Source of the DNA: a virus
IMG/VR virus record: IMGVR_UViG_3300032213_001373
Span: 38,328 to 102,327 of that record
DNA: 64,000 bases
Reading direction: 5' to 3' (one strand)
Positions 27,655-37,638 of the stretch are shown here, one piece after another. Position numbers and translations under genes: made by a program. The notes below the pieces were generated by a model. The model saw only the letters and a list, made by a program, of their open reading frames with translations, was not told the DNA's origin and ran no database searches. Within the stretch, counting starts at the first letter, position 1, and each line of letters opens with the position of its first letter.

Positions 27655-28197
27655 TTACATACCCGCTAATAGGAAAGGATCGAATCTAATTGCTTCCGCG
27701 GTTTGTAGGGCCGAAGTAGCTGTTGTGTTAAGAGTATTATACTCTGAGCTTCCTACGTACAGTACGTTGGCTGTACCTACCTTAGGTAAACCTGCACCAG
27801 AGATTGCAAACCCAATAGTGTCTGTCGAGTTCTTGGCTTCGAATAGGTTGTTGGTGGTTGTGGCGCTTGAGTTCTTTAGGGTAAGAGCAACCGCGTTGGA
27901 GACTGTCATGTTGTCTCCAGCTTTTCTTACATATGGGGATGTAGCTAGTCCGTTTACAAGACCAGCCTCAATGTTAGTGATTCTTTGATCCAAAGAATCC
28001 CAAGTAGACGTTAAAGAAAATGTTCCAGAATAGTTCGAGCTTAGGAGTCCGTTGTTAGCATCAACAGTTCCATTGAGAGCAAGCTCAATAGCACGAACCT
28101 CATCCTGCAGAGCATTGATGTGGTCTGCAACGATAGTGTCCTGTAGGTCTACCTTTGATGTAAAGGGACGAACGGAGTTGGGGAAAAAGGCTGGCAT
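27655..28197 (-). CDS. Virion structural protein
   Basis: Context; ADHINALQDEV coiled coil and DPFLLAGM tail. Confidence 0.55.
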   Translation of the reverse strand: MPAFFPNSVRPFTSKVDLQDTIVADHINALQDEVRAIELALNGTVDANNGLLSSNYSGTFSLTSTWDSLDQRITNIEAGLVNGLATSPYVRKAGDNMTVSNAVALTLKNSSATTTNNLFEAKNSTDTIGFAISGAGLPKVGTANVLYVGSSEYNTLNTTATSALQTAEAIRFDPFLLAGM

Positions 28198-28210
28198 TTG
28201 ACTTCCTCTT

Positions 28211-29746
28211 CTAGGCGATTCCGCCGGTTACGTCGGTAAATACTAAGTTGACAGGCAACAAGTATCCAACCTGATTTGGGTTTAGAGAAATTGTACCGAC
28301 AGAAGACGCATTAGTTGTATTGAACTTAGTAAGTTCAACAGAAGATACGCCTTCTACTTGAGCAATGGTTGAGATTACAGATGATAGGGGGATTGATCTT
28401 CCAAAAGAATTGTTCTCAAATGAGAATAGCCCACCAGTGTTTAGCAAGGCTTTAGAGATAGCTAGCTTTACTGCTGCTTGTCTATACGCAGGCTCTACCT
28501 TTAAATCCATAGATAAATACAAAGGTGTGTATGTTGGGTATTGAACTGTCACACTAGTTCCTACAGGAATTTTATCTGCAAGGTATTTTGACACTTCCCC
28601 AGATAAAACTGTCCAGGCACTTGTTGGAGACCCTGCTGCAATACCTGGAGTTGTAGACCCGTCATCCTGTGATTGCACATAAACTGTAATATTGCTATAC
28701 ACACTTCCTACAGCTTTTGCTTTACCTACTTGAGATACTTGTAAAGTTAAGTACTCGTAATCAGCCAAGGTTACGGCACGCTTTCGTGCAACAATAGCCG
28801 CTTTAATTTTCTTTCGAAGTTGAGTAGATGAGTCTCCATCTGCCCCACCAAATGCTGCAGCCTCATTAGTTGCCGTAACAAGAGACAAAGTTTCAGGATT
28901 TCCATTTCCAGGAATAAAGGTAATTTCTTGAATAGCATTAGCAATGATGTTTCCCGCAATACCTGTACTTGTTTTATACAGGGCACTAATAAGTTGATTT
29001 GTTGGTGGAACATATCCGTTAACACCGTCGCCAAATATAACAGATGTAGTTCCATCTGTATTTAAACTTGTAGTAAATACAAGATCGTTTGGTCCAGAGT
29101 TTACAAGGCTGTCTACATATTTCCATGGAGAAAACGCAATACCCTGACCTACGTATACAACCAAAGTGTTGTCTACAATACCGACATCAAATAAAGAGAA
29201 CTCCTGATTAGACGTACCATCAGAACTTCCTAGGCTAACTGGAAGAGGCTTGTATGTTGTAGGGCTAATTAAGTCTGGACGATCTGTATTAGCTGTCTTT
29301 CCTTCTCGCGCTGTTACTGTGATAGATTGATCAGGCTGCAGTTGTACCACGGCTTGTGTTGTTTCGTAGTAGATTTCTGAATACTCGCCGTATGTAAGTG
29401 GTGCCATAACCTGAGTTCCAATAGGCAAATCTACATTTGAATCACTATTGTTTGTAAAGGTTACAGAGACTTGTGCAGGCGTAGGACCAGAAGGTTTGTA
29501 CCCATAGAGCTCAGCAAATCGCAATAGAGTTTCTGTTTTAACTGCGGTTTCAATAGAAGTTTCGTTAGCTACACGATCTAGGTAGTAAGACATGATGTCG
29601 CCCATATATGCAAAGGACTCTACCATCACTGACCCTAAGTCTGATGGATCGTCTGCTTCCCATTGAAACCCAGTACGAGTATTAATTAGGTTGATTATGT
29701 CTGCTTTTAAGCCTTCATAATCTCTTGAGGTGTAGTCGATCTGCAT
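28211..29746 (-). CDS. Baseplate J / T4 gp6-like wedge protein
   Basis: IDYTSRDY, DRVANE, FGDGVNG..P, GGAD, RAVTLADY. Confidence 0.88.
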   Translation of the reverse strand: MQIDYTSRDYEGLKADIINLINTRTGFQWEADDPSDLGSVMVESFAYMGDIMSYYLDRVANETSIETAVKTETLLRFAELYGYKPSGPTPAQVSVTFTNNSDSNVDLPIGTQVMAPLTYGEYSEIYYETTQAVVQLQPDQSITVTAREGKTANTDRPDLISPTTYKPLPVSLGSSDGTSNQEFSLFDVGIVDNTLVVYVGQGIAFSPWKYVDSLVNSGPNDLVFTTSLNTDGTTSVIFGDGVNGYVPPTNQLISALYKTSTGIAGNIIANAIQEITFIPGNGNPETLSLVTATNEAAAFGGADGDSSTQLRKKIKAAIVARKRAVTLADYEYLTLQVSQVGKAKAVGSVYSNITVYVQSQDDGSTTPGIAAGSPTSAWTVLSGEVSKYLADKIPVGTSVTVQYPTYTPLYLSMDLKVEPAYRQAAVKLAISKALLNTGGLFSFENNSFGRSIPLSSVISTIAQVEGVSSVELTKFNTTNASSVGTISLNPNQVGYLLPVNLVFTDVTGGIA

Positions 29747-30141
29747 TATGCTCCCGCTCTTTCTATCATTCCGTTGGCCCCAAAGATTGCTGTGTTAATG
29801 GTTAGAGATGTTATTTTAGCGCCTGGTAGCTCAACAATCACCTTGATGTTGGCAAAACCTTGCTCGTCTAAGTTCTCTAGCTCTAGTTTGTCTATGCGTA
29901 ACTCCGGAAGCCAGAGCGATACGGCATCGGTTATTGCGGTTCTGGCAGCTAAAAAGAAGTCATCTTCGTTTTCAAAAAGAGCTCGGGCCAGGTCTGTACC
30001 ATATTCAGGAAGCATAGGGCGCTGACCTACCTGGGTAGACATCAAAGTTAGAAGGCGGTCTAGATAGATTTTTGACTCTGTAGTGACGGTATCGGCTCTA
30101 CCAAAGGGGTTTAAAGTAAAGGGAAAGTTGATAGCTCTCAT
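29746..30141 (-). CDS. Baseplate wedge protein, gp25/gpW-like
   Basis: AINFPF, T..GQRPMLPEYGT..LFEN, WLPEL; start likely 30141 (TAATG coupling). Confidence 0.85.
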   Translation of the reverse strand: MRAINFPFTLNPFGRADTVTTESKIYLDRLLTLMSTQVGQRPMLPEYGTDLARALFENEDDFFLAARTAITDAVSLWLPELRIDKLELENLDEQGFANIKVIVELPGAKITSLTINTAIFGANGMIERAGA

Positions 30142-30881
30142 TATTGGACTCCAATCCATACAGGGTATTCAGGATCTCCGGCTTCAAACATAGCCCACAC
30201 TTTAGTACCTGGTCTTGGAATGAACTTGCCTACTAGGTTGATCGTAGCAATCATTCCAGGAACAGCAGGGCGTGTGGGGTTTGAAGAAGCGGCATGGTAA
30301 GTAAGCTTTGTATTAGCATCCGGAGAAGAAAAAACAAACTCGATATAGTCTTTGGCGTTCAAGTCCAGGATAAAGTTTGCGACCATAACGGTTTCCCCGT
30401 TGTTACCAGATATAAGTATTCTGGTATTGCTCTCTGGGATATTTACCCCATTTTTTCTAAGCCATAAATCTGCGGTGGTGGTGTTGGAATTAGACTTTGT
30501 AAATACAGCAGAAAACATAACAAAGTAATCGCCGGTCTCTTCTACAGTAATTTTTCCATTTGCAATAGACATCCTATTTGCATCTTGAGTTGCAAAACTA
30601 GAGTTAACAACTGTAGCGGTATTAGCTCCGGCTACTGTTTGGTTAGCGGTAGTAGTAAAAGTGCCGTAAGGAAACCCAGTTTGTGACATAGCACCTAGAC
30701 ATGGTGAAGCCCAACCTGTGGTTGAGGTTCCCGTAGGCTGCAAGATCTGTAAGGTTACTCGACCCTTCTTTAGAGGGTCTTTGTTATCCACAACCTTAGC
30801 GCTGTATATGCCGAAGAAACGTACACGACCTAGAGGGTCTACCATGTAGCTTAGTTCTGGAGAGGTGTAATCTTGTGTCAT
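30141..30881 (-). CDS. gp5/VgrG-like OB-fold protein with an inserted C1q-like domain
   Basis: GIYSAKVVDNKDPLKKGRV...GWA N-half and IPRPGTKVWAMFEAGDPEYPVWIG C-half separated by about 150 aa of C1q-like sequence. Confidence 0.75.
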   Translation of the reverse strand: MTQDYTSPELSYMVDPLGRVRFFGIYSAKVVDNKDPLKKGRVTLQILQPTGTSTTGWASPCLGAMSQTGFPYGTFTTTANQTVAGANTATVVNSSFATQDANRMSIANGKITVEETGDYFVMFSAVFTKSNSNTTTADLWLRKNGVNIPESNTRILISGNNGETVMVANFILDLNAKDYIEFVFSSPDANTKLTYHAASSNPTRPAVPGMIATINLVGKFIPRPGTKVWAMFEAGDPEYPVWIGVQ

Positions 30882-31486
30882 AGTATCTTATTACCTTTTG
30901 TAGCAGACCAAGCTGTGGTTCTTTTCACGGCTGAGAAATCTGGCACATCGTTTTGATAAAGATTAGGAGACGTAGGGTCTGTTGTCAATGCTGTAGCTGT
31001 TGGCTTAATATTAACAGACTTAATTGGTGGTGTATAAAGTTGAGTGTTGTTTACTGAGAACGCATAGTCTACAAGAATAGAAGGAGAAGGTTCGATCTTT
31101 TGTCCAGCAATCTCAGCGTTTACATCTCTAGTATCAGAAGCAGTTGAAGCATCGGGATTTGTATCACCAAGAACATCTGTTCCTAGCTCTACCTCAAGCA
31201 TATAGTTAGCAGTAGTTCCACCAAAGATATGAGTAACTTTCAGCACAGTCCAATAACCAGACATACCGTTAGGCAACCCATCTAGATAGATAGGTTCGTA
31301 TGGCTTAACAGTTGCCTCGCCAACAAGTACGGCTTTAGCTCTATAGGCATAGCGTTTAGCATCAGCTAAGTCACTAGCAATAAGTTTTGACTCTGTAAGG
31401 CTAGTTGTTACCTCGTGTACCTGGTGTCGCTTAAACTTTGCCTTAGGTTTGCTACTAGAACTTACTTTAGAAAATCTAGATGCCAT
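30878..31486 (-). CDS. Baseplate hub (gpD/gp27-like), C-terminal part
   Basis: G...VKPYEPIYLDGL...SGYWTVLKVTHIF; own GAGGAG RBS before ATG 31486. Confidence 0.7.
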   Translation of the reverse strand: MASRFSKVSSSSKPKAKFKRHQVHEVTTSLTESKLIASDLADAKRYAYRAKAVLVGEATVKPYEPIYLDGLPNGMSGYWTVLKVTHIFGGTTANYMLEVELGTDVLGDTNPDASTASDTRDVNAEIAGQKIEPSPSILVDYAFSVNNTQLYTPPIKSVNIKPTATALTTDPTSPNLYQNDVPDFSAVKRTTAWSATKGNKIL

Positions 31487-32327
31487 CAAAGTACTCCTCA
31501 CTAGGAACTACTTTGCCTCTATTTTGAGCAGCATCAAATACTTTAGTTGGGTGGGTTGTAGTAATGCTGTTGCCGGATGTAGCGCTTACTCCACTCATGA
31601 CTCGGTCTACACGTACCCCTAGTTCAATAGCATCGTCTGAAACAATAGGCCTAAACTCTAAGCAAGTTCCTACAGAACGCTGTTGCTTTGTTATACCATC
31701 TTTATATTTAAAGTATGGGGCACGAGCCTTTTTATCTTGAAATATTTTGTTCTTAGACATAAAAAAGATAGTTGTGTTTTCTGCTTTAAGGGCAAAACCA
31801 GTCTGCTTAGCAAGCCTACGAAGTAGTTGCCAGTCTGTTTGTCCAGCTTGAACTACTGTTTCTCTTAGACGAGGGTGCCTTTGAGTAACAGCGTTTAACC
31901 CTTGACGCCTAGCAATCTTTGCTATTACCTGATCAGCAGTTACTTTTTTGTAGATTTCTTGAGTACTATCTTTTAATACAGAGGACGCAGATACACACCA
32001 CACCTGTGTTACGTGAGACATCATTGTTGCGGCAGGATCAATTTCGTACACGTAGCCTTCAAAGGTAGACCTGTTAGGGCCGCTGCTGTATGTAAATTGA
32101 ACAGGGTCACTAGAAACAATTGTTGTTTCGTCTTTTCTTGGTTTACCTTTAAAGGTTAAGATAAGTACGTCATGAGTTTCTATTTCTTGATGTAACTCAG
32201 CTCCAAGAAGTAACAGTTCAAAGTTAGGTGTCTTAGGAAAGAAAACACTAAAGTCAGAGCTGTATACGGAACCCGTAGACTCCTTAGCATAGTTCTCAGA
32301 TATTGTATATAAGTTATCTACTGACAT
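31476..32327 (-). CDS. Baseplate hub (gpD/gp27-like), N-terminal part
   Basis: FEGYV, TADQVIAKIA, QAGQTDWQLLRRLAKQTGF. Confidence 0.78.
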   Translation of the reverse strand: MSVDNLYTISENYAKESTGSVYSSDFSVFFPKTPNFELLLLGAELHQEIETHDVLILTFKGKPRKDETTIVSSDPVQFTYSSGPNRSTFEGYVYEIDPAATMMSHVTQVWCVSASSVLKDSTQEIYKKVTADQVIAKIARRQGLNAVTQRHPRLRETVVQAGQTDWQLLRRLAKQTGFALKAENTTIFFMSKNKIFQDKKARAPYFKYKDGITKQQRSVGTCLEFRPIVSDDAIELGVRVDRVMSGVSATSGNSITTTHPTKVFDAAQNRGKVVPSEEYFDGI

Positions 32328-32604
32328 ATGGGACTCTTATCTCTGTACCAGGTTCAATAGAAAATGGGTCAGTAATTTCTGGGTTTATTTCCATAATCTG
32401 CCACCACAACAAAGGGTTAAGTAGATACTTCTTAGCTAAAGAAGATAGGTTATCTCCGTACACCCAGGTGTGTGTCAAGAAAGTAATTGACCCTAGAGAT
32501 GTAAAATCTCTGTAGACTGCAATGTCATACTCACCAGTAACCTTGTTTGGAATCTGTGCAAGGGGTCCTTCAAAGTAACGAGAGGTTCTTGTTATATTAC
32601 TCAT
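32314..32604 (-). CDS. LysM/tail-X-like baseplate protein
   Basis: GDNLSSLAKKYL..PLLWWQIMEINPEI.DPF.I.PGTEIRVP. Confidence 0.8.
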   Translation of the reverse strand: MSNITRTSRYFEGPLAQIPNKVTGEYDIAVYRDFTSLGSITFLTHTWVYGDNLSSLAKKYLLNPLLWWQIMEINPEITDPFSIEPGTEIRVPYVSR

Positions 32605-34481
32605 GATGAGCTCGCCGCCTTCTTAATTCCAGCTACATACTTTGTCTGCTTTTCAGAGAATGCCTTTTGTACTTCGTCACTAGTCTCACTAATAACTGGG
32701 TAACGAATCATGGTAACGTCTACTGTGCTGAACATAGGGACCATAAGCTCATTAAAGATTACGTGGTTGACTGATACCGAAGCTACAGAACCTTTGTATC
32801 TAAGGTTGTTATGGATCTTAAGCCATACAGGTGTTCCAGTGATGTAACCAAAGTCAGATGTCTCCGCTGGTTTTCCTGAAACTGTATATGTTAACAACGT
32901 ATTGTTGCTAGGTTTAGGGTCTCCATTTAAAACTCTGTATAGGAACTCGATGTCGTACTCTGTTCCTCTATTTAAGATGCCTTGAATTTCTTCTTCTCTA
33001 AGCTCTCTAGGATAGTTTTTACCGTAAGTTCCTGGCCTGCCCTTCATACCAGCAAGCTCAGTCATATCAGGCATTCTATTTAAGTAGAGAGTGAACCCTA
33101 CTGAAACGTTTCCACCAATATAGTTAGCTGGATCTTTATCGGCTAACATCCAGTCAATAGATGTATCCATAGCTGTACTATAGGAAATGGTAGTAGGGTT
33201 GTAGTTAAATCTAAAACCCCAAGGCTTGTCGGCATTTCCAGGACCATTTAATGCGGTAGCTGAAGCTCTGTCTTGAAAAATCATTCCAAGTCTTCCAGCT
33301 TTTGTTACCTCAGAGTTTAAAAGATCGATCTTGTCATAGGCAATAATGTACTGAGAAGAGGCTCTTGGCTTACCCAGGTCTTTTTGTATATTGTCTTTTA
33401 CCTTATTAAAGAAGCTTACATCTCTTGATACGTAATGGTTTGGTGGGTTAGTACGTGTAGTTTGATCTATATCAACTGGCTTAGATCCTGCAAATGGAGA
33501 TGGTTCAGTAGAGCCATTATCTACAGGTGCGCCACACGTGCTTGTTTTAATAGCAAGCAAAGCATTAATCGCATCTTGTTTACTATCTCTTTTATCTGAA
33601 CCTTTAAAGTCTTTATTAACGTTAGCTGGATTATCTAGGTTAAGATCAAAGCCAATAAACTGATCAGGACCCAAAGCTCCTAAACCAGCAACTAAGTTTT
33701 CTGCGGTATTAGCCCCAGTAAAAGTAGATTGTATTCCGTCTAAAGACCAGCGTCGTAAGTTATAGTTAGTAAGCAAAGGATTAATATCTGCAGACCTAAC
33801 TACAGCAACCCATTGGTTTGGTGTGCTGCACTTATCTAAAGTAATGTAGCTTTTATTCCAAGCAGCATCTAAGACTTGTTTAGGGATTGTAGGATCCATA
33901 CGAGCTCCTGTCCATTTTACGACAGGGATGTTCTCTGCAGGCAGTACTTCTAGATCTACTGCGCCTGGATTCTCATCTGAATACGCTTTAAGTTTTACAT
34001 AGATTCTAGGGGTTACGGTTACGTTTGCTTTTTTGGCAAGCAAATTAAAGTAAAAGATTTCTTTTGATTCCTGGTTAGAACCATCAACATAGTATGGAAA
34101 CTTAGAGGCAGTGTTTTTAACAAACACTCTTTGACTTCCAGAACTAGTTTGAACTATATCGCCAATACTTACTTGGTTTGCAACTTCGGTTCTCCAAGAC
34201 TGTAACAATAGGACTTGAACCCCATCACCGTCATACAGTGGTTGAGCAGGGTTAGCAATGCTAGGCTCTAAATAGTTAGAGCCTACTTTTTTCTTTTTCC
34301 ACACACGAATTGCATAGCGAACTTCATAGTCTTTATAGACAGCCTTAGAGTCTGAGTTAATTAACACATAGTCTTTTGTATCAGAACCCTTTTGAGTCTT
34401 GACCTGTTCGTAGGCATCGATAGTCCAAAAGTATTCAGATCCCGCATCTTGGGTACCAGATATGTTCTTATAGTTTGTCAT
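32601..34481 (-). CDS. Tail protein with C-terminal tube-initiator-like domain
   Basis: FRFNYNPTTISY...Y.G.V.S.SV.H..F...MVP....V.V; follows the tape measure gene. Confidence 0.6.
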   Translation of the reverse strand: MTNYKNISGTQDAGSEYFWTIDAYEQVKTQKGSDTKDYVLINSDSKAVYKDYEVRYAIRVWKKKKVGSNYLEPSIANPAQPLYDGDGVQVLLLQSWRTEVANQVSIGDIVQTSSGSQRVFVKNTASKFPYYVDGSNQESKEIFYFNLLAKKANVTVTPRIYVKLKAYSDENPGAVDLEVLPAENIPVVKWTGARMDPTIPKQVLDAAWNKSYITLDKCSTPNQWVAVVRSADINPLLTNYNLRRWSLDGIQSTFTGANTAENLVAGLGALGPDQFIGFDLNLDNPANVNKDFKGSDKRDSKQDAINALLAIKTSTCGAPVDNGSTEPSPFAGSKPVDIDQTTRTNPPNHYVSRDVSFFNKVKDNIQKDLGKPRASSQYIIAYDKIDLLNSEVTKAGRLGMIFQDRASATALNGPGNADKPWGFRFNYNPTTISYSTAMDTSIDWMLADKDPANYIGGNVSVGFTLYLNRMPDMTELAGMKGRPGTYGKNYPRELREEEIQGILNRGTEYDIEFLYRVLNGDPKPSNNTLLTYTVSGKPAETSDFGYITGTPVWLKIHNNLRYKGSVASVSVNHVIFNELMVPMFSTVDVTMIRYPVISETSDEVQKAFSEKQTKYVAGIKKAASSS

Positions 34482-37480
34482 TAGTTACCTCCAATACCCT
34501 TGATCTTAAGCTCATTGTTAATGGCACTTCTTAGTTCGCTTGCTACACGTTGTACCTCAAATGTACCTAGCTTAGCTACGCTTACGTTCATATCTACCTT
34601 AACATTAATGTTAGATGTGGCGTGTACAGAACCTCCGCCAGCTCTTCCCATAGCTTGAGGCATGTTGTTTACAGTTTCCATAGCCATGCCTGGATTGTCT
34701 CCACCTATACCTGCAGATCTAGCTGCGGTATTAGCATCATCTAGGAACTTAGTAAAGGAACCGTTAGTAAATGCAGCCCATTGCTTCCACCAAGTTCCCT
34801 TATTAGAAACCTCAAAAGCAGCGGCAGCATTCTTTTTAGCGTTGAATAGCTCTTTATTGTTTGATATTCCAAATTGCTTACGACGGTTTCTACCCATATT
34901 TGGTGACGCAGGGTCATCGTCTTTCATATTGATTTGGAATAGACCATATGATAGGTCTCTGTTTTTTCCGTTAAATGCGTTTGCCCTACCACCTGACTCA
35001 GCAAGCGCTACAGCAAAAGCTGTCTCTAGCCCCTTACCTCTAAAGCCTGCACTGTGAAGCATACGAATCAAACCTTCGCGGTTACCTCCAGCCATACCTA
35101 CGGTGTCACCCGACACTTTATCTATACGGTTATTAATGTAAACATCACCATTGCTGCCTTTAACACCTCTGCTAATTGCGCTCTGTGGGAATTCATTTTT
35201 GAATGATGCAAAGTCAATAGGTCCACCAGACATCAACGCATTACTCAAAGATTCACTTAGAGGGATACTGCTAAGTACTGATGCAGAAGATCCTCTAAAG
35301 TTTAGACCTGCGCCAGGAGTTACACGAGCATTCTTGCTAGGAGCATCGTCGCCAATACCGATAGCCCTACCAACAGACTTAAATAGGTTGGACACAGTGC
35401 TGATAAGTCGACCGAACCAACCCTTAGGGTTTTCACGTCCTTGTGCTCCAGGACCACCATTATCACGTACTTCAAAGTGGAGGTGAGGGCCGGTAGATGT
35501 TCCTGCTCCAGGGGATCCCTTCTTACCACCAGACTTACCAATCATTTCTCCAGCGCTAACACGTTGGCCCACCTTAACTAGGATCTTAGATAAGTGACCG
35601 TACAGTGTTGATTTCTTTCCATGCTTAATAATAATATAATTTCCGTATTGACGATGTAGACCGGCGTGAGTAACAATACCGTTTGCCGCAGCAACAATCT
35701 TTGTTCCAACAGCTACGCCGTAGTCGATGCCTCGGTGGTTGCTAGAAATTTGTGGGTTCTTTGAATTGTCTCGAGGACCAAAGTTAGATGTAACAGGGGT
35801 ACCAGCAGGTACAGGCATCTGAAGAGCCATGCCCTTTGTGTCTTGATTTCCTCCAGAAAACCCTTGCTGTGGACTTACAGCATTAGACATTCCTGGGTTA
35901 TCCCCACCTTGTCCACATGCGTGGCTTCCAATATTTCCGTGGCTACATCCGTCTCCACCTCGGCCATATGGGTTTGTTGCAGCACCTAGTGTGCCAGCAA
36001 CACCTCCGATAATTGCTCCGGCACCTCCACCGGCAATAGCGCCCGTTGCAATACCTTGCCCCATATCAAACATAAAGTTTCCACCGGTACGTAGCCATGA
36101 TGGAACGTTTGACTTATTTAAAAATCCTTGTAGCTTCTCCATGCCAAAATAAGCACCAGCCGCTAGTGCTCCTCTACCAAGAAGTTTTCCAGCTCCCTTT
36201 AATCCGCCGCCCTTACTCATAAGTCCACCTAAGAAGCCAGGACCTTTTACACCGCCACCAGGACCACGAGTAAGTACGCTGTGCATCATTTTAAGTTGAA
36301 GCAAATCCATACCAAGCCCTGCAGCGCCACCAGCTCCGCCAGCAATCATTGCGCCAGTATTACCTGCACCAGGTAACGTTTGCATAACGCCACGTAGTCC
36401 AGCAAATGCTTGAGTTAGTAAGTCTGCCTGTTCTGCAAGAGAACTAAAACCGTTGTTTACTGCAGCTGTTGTATTGAGCGCAGTGTTGTACCCACCTACT
36501 AATCCTTTTTCAGTGGCTTGAAGTTTACGAGCTTCGCTAGTGTTGTAGTTAAAGTTGGCACGTAGAGGGCTTTCTTTACCAACACCTAGAAGGTCTAAAG
36601 ACTTTTGTGCGTTTCCTAGATCACCCTTCTTAAGAGGGCTTCCACTTCTTGCACGAGCAATAACACCCATCTGGATGATATTCATAAGATTTGGATCGCC
36701 ACCAGCAATAGCAGAGATGGTTGCGTAACCCTTTGATCCTGGGTTCAAAACCATTGCGGCTTGCTCTGGAGTTACTTTTCTTCCACCGTACAAGAATTTA
36801 TAAGTATCGTTAATAATCTGATTAGGTGGTTTTAAGTTTCCTGAAGAATCACGAGCCTGCACACCTATTCGCAAGAAACGCATAGCATTGACGCCTGCAA
36901 GTCCGGCAGCAACTTGTTCGTTGCTAGAGCCAGTGATGGCGCTTAATCCACCAACCTGTGGCATAACGTTCTTAAATGTTTGACTTGTAGCTGTGTATCC
37001 GCCACCATACATAAGTGACATGGTCGCCATGGTTGGACCCATAGCACTGGTAGCTCCGTTACCTACAGCTCTGTTAGAACGTAGGATAGCTTGACGGGCA
37101 TTTATTCCGCTAATGCCTGCTACAGCGTCAGCAGCAAGACGTTGGGTTACGGCGGCGCCAGTATTTGGCATCATTCCCATGCCAATACCGGCAGCAACCA
37201 CTCCACCCATTGCTACCTTTTGACCAGTACTAAAGCCTGCAAACTGATCACGGAACCTAGGCATTTCGCCCATACCGAGCTTAGAGGTGCCCTTTCCAGT
37301 AGCACCCATCATGTTCTTGTAAATCTCAGCAGTTAAGTCTGCAATTTCTTTCATTAACTTTGCAGTCAGACCAAGGCCTGCATTACCGTTAATTATTTTA
37401 AACATCTTTTCGGTATCAGAAGTAGCCCCTGCTAGGATGTTGTCATCCTGTGAGGGGAATAGGCTTTCGTATCCTGCCAC
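34481..37480 (-). CDS. Tape measure protein with M23 peptidase and lytic transglycosylase domains
   Basis: Gly/Ala-rich; M23 HRGIDY, YGHL, GPHLHFEV; SLT AESGG, SYGLFQIN. Confidence 0.85.
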   Translation of the reverse strand: MAGYESLFPSQDDNILAGATSDTEKMFKIINGNAGLGLTAKLMKEIADLTAEIYKNMMGATGKGTSKLGMGEMPRFRDQFAGFSTGQKVAMGGVVAAGIGMGMMPNTGAAVTQRLAADAVAGISGINARQAILRSNRAVGNGATSAMGPTMATMSLMYGGGYTATSQTFKNVMPQVGGLSAITGSSNEQVAAGLAGVNAMRFLRIGVQARDSSGNLKPPNQIINDTYKFLYGGRKVTPEQAAMVLNPGSKGYATISAIAGGDPNLMNIIQMGVIARARSGSPLKKGDLGNAQKSLDLLGVGKESPLRANFNYNTSEARKLQATEKGLVGGYNTALNTTAAVNNGFSSLAEQADLLTQAFAGLRGVMQTLPGAGNTGAMIAGGAGGAAGLGMDLLQLKMMHSVLTRGPGGGVKGPGFLGGLMSKGGGLKGAGKLLGRGALAAGAYFGMEKLQGFLNKSNVPSWLRTGGNFMFDMGQGIATGAIAGGGAGAIIGGVAGTLGAATNPYGRGGDGCSHGNIGSHACGQGGDNPGMSNAVSPQQGFSGGNQDTKGMALQMPVPAGTPVTSNFGPRDNSKNPQISSNHRGIDYGVAVGTKIVAAANGIVTHAGLHRQYGNYIIIKHGKKSTLYGHLSKILVKVGQRVSAGEMIGKSGGKKGSPGAGTSTGPHLHFEVRDNGGPGAQGRENPKGWFGRLISTVSNLFKSVGRAIGIGDDAPSKNARVTPGAGLNFRGSSASVLSSIPLSESLSNALMSGGPIDFASFKNEFPQSAISRGVKGSNGDVYINNRIDKVSGDTVGMAGGNREGLIRMLHSAGFRGKGLETAFAVALAESGGRANAFNGKNRDLSYGLFQINMKDDDPASPNMGRNRRKQFGISNNKELFNAKKNAAAAFEVSNKGTWWKQWAAFTNGSFTKFLDDANTAARSAGIGGDNPGMAMETVNNMPQAMGRAGGGSVHATSNINVKVDMNVSVAKLGTFEVQRVASELRSAINNELKIKGIGGN

Positions 37481-37638
37481 TACTTCACCGTCCTTGGTCT
37501 ACTCATTGCTCTGTCTAACCAAATCATTCGTTCTCTTACGCTTAAACTTTTCAACTCAGTCAGCGACCATCCTGGGTAGTACTGAGACAGGAGATCAATA
37601 GTCTGAATTAAAAGGTCATAACTTATCTCATGATTGAA
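37480..37638 (-). CDS. Tail chaperone C-terminal extension (gp51-like), probably reached by +1 frameshift
   Basis: Frame encodes FNHEISYDLLIQTIDLLSQYYPGWSLTELKSLSVRERMIWLDRAMSRPRTVK, has no usable start of its own, and its TAG overlaps the TMP start. Confidence 0.65.
   Translation of the reverse strand, partial: FNHEISYDLLIQTIDLLSQYYPGWSLTELKSLSVRERMIWLDRAMSRPRTVK

Noticed and set aside
31476-31501. Programmed frameshift or pseudogene at the hub junction
   Set aside because: The downstream ORF has a well-spaced RBS and ATG, and no slippery heptamer is evident
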